Shown here: piece by piece, positions 63,037 to 64,000 of the stretch
How the letters are laid out: the number at the start of each line of letters is the position of its first letter
Numbering within the stretch: position 1 is the stretch's first letter
Assembly: GCA_002633005.1 (NCBI GenBank)
Contig: NMRA01000034.1
Coordinates: 407,696 to 471,695, forward strand
From: Phoronis australis
Lineage: Eukaryota; Animalia; Phoronida
Length of the DNA: 64,000 nucleotides
Direction of reading: 5' to 3'
The notes under the pieces: generated by a model
Told to the model about the DNA's origin: nothing
Seen by the model: only the letters and a program-made list of their open reading frames with translations
Database searches by the model: none
Translations under genes and position numbers: made by a program

Positions 63037-63285
63037 TGAGTCTCCAGTGGAAACATGGGGAGACGATTAGTGTTCCATGTCATCAGTTACCCTATCTGCC
63101 AATGTTATTACAGGTAATCTAGACAACCGATTGACAGATTTTAATGAAACTTGATACAGAAGCCTCTGTCGGTTTTCAGGCGAATTCGATAATTACAGCA
63201 CCGCCGGTAACCATTTTCTTGTTTTCTGTTGTTGTCAGAATGACTCAACACGTCGATTTTCGCACAGCTTTGACTATTCTAGTAC
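63037..63285 (+). mobile_element. Possible short HINE-like fragment
   Basis: 5' hairpin GTCTCC..GGAGAC, internal GATTTTAATGAAACTTG motif common in HINE/DINE-1 cores, and a CTAGT end. Confidence 0.35.
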
Positions 63286-64000
63286 CTCTCTTTGGCCATT
63301 ATTATTTTCGACAAGATATTCCTTGTCAAACGAGCTTCCGGATGGTATCTAGAGAACCTATGCACAAATCTTTTTGAAACCTGACACACACATGGGATGC
63401 CCGCACCACTCAATCTGTGGGTTGTTTTGACTACCCTACCTCCTGTAGTCGCCATTTTACTTTGTGACATCATATTACTTTGCCAAAAGCGTTCACAGGT
63501 GGTTTCTGGAGAATGAACTGACGGATAGGGATAAAACTTTGACATAGAGTTATGTATACAGTGAAAGTGCGCTAGCGACAGTCGATGTACGGTTGATAAC
63601 GTTTTGGTCAAATGATCTTAAGTTATGTTATTGTACCTTATGAGGCTAATAGCTACTCTTGAAGCGTACAGCTTACGATGCACCGTGAGCGCACCACTTT
63701 CCGATGCTCTTGTTAATTTTGCTGTGGTAGCATTGTCTTAATCTCATCAGAGGACACTTTCATGACTAAACTCGATTTCGTTGACGGGAAGTTCCAAATA
63801 AGATTGATTTCTTTCCCCTTGTTCTTTATCGTCCAGGCAACTGAAATGGACTGCCATCAGATCTTGAAGCCACCAAACGCAGTGTGCTACGATTGTTAAA
63901 AGAACGTTCCCATATAAGGCGTTACTTCGTAAAAACTTAAAATTGCAAAAGTCAATTTTGGTAATCACAAAACACCCAATCATTTTATACGTCCCCACTG

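Overview
Repeat-rich eukaryotic (metazoan, probably marine invertebrate) genomic DNA with spliceosomal introns and an N gap; most short ORFs in the track are spurious. Two host protein genes can be rebuilt by splicing: a divergent SLC52-family (riboflavin transporter-like) gene on the - strand (8978-7719 + 4902-4699) and a multi-exon stonustoxin-like MACPF/CDC gene on the + strand (57262 to ~62889). There is one tRNA-Leu(UAA) gene. The rest is largely nested, decayed transposons: Helentron-type HINE, Ngaro/DIRS tyrosine-recombinase retroelement, two Penelope families with hammerhead ribozymes, RTE-X, L1/Tx1, L2-like and RTE LINEs, Kolobok-, P-, piggyBac- and Harbinger-like DNA elements, and many MITEs and palindromes. 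The most unusual signal is inside a TTAA-flanked Kolobok-like transposon, where a PHD-finger-like ORF is followed directly by two replication-dependent histone-mRNA-type 3' stem-loops and a correctly spaced purine-rich element, suggesting a transposon that uses SLBP/U7 histone-type 3' processing. All calls are by eye; no searches were run.
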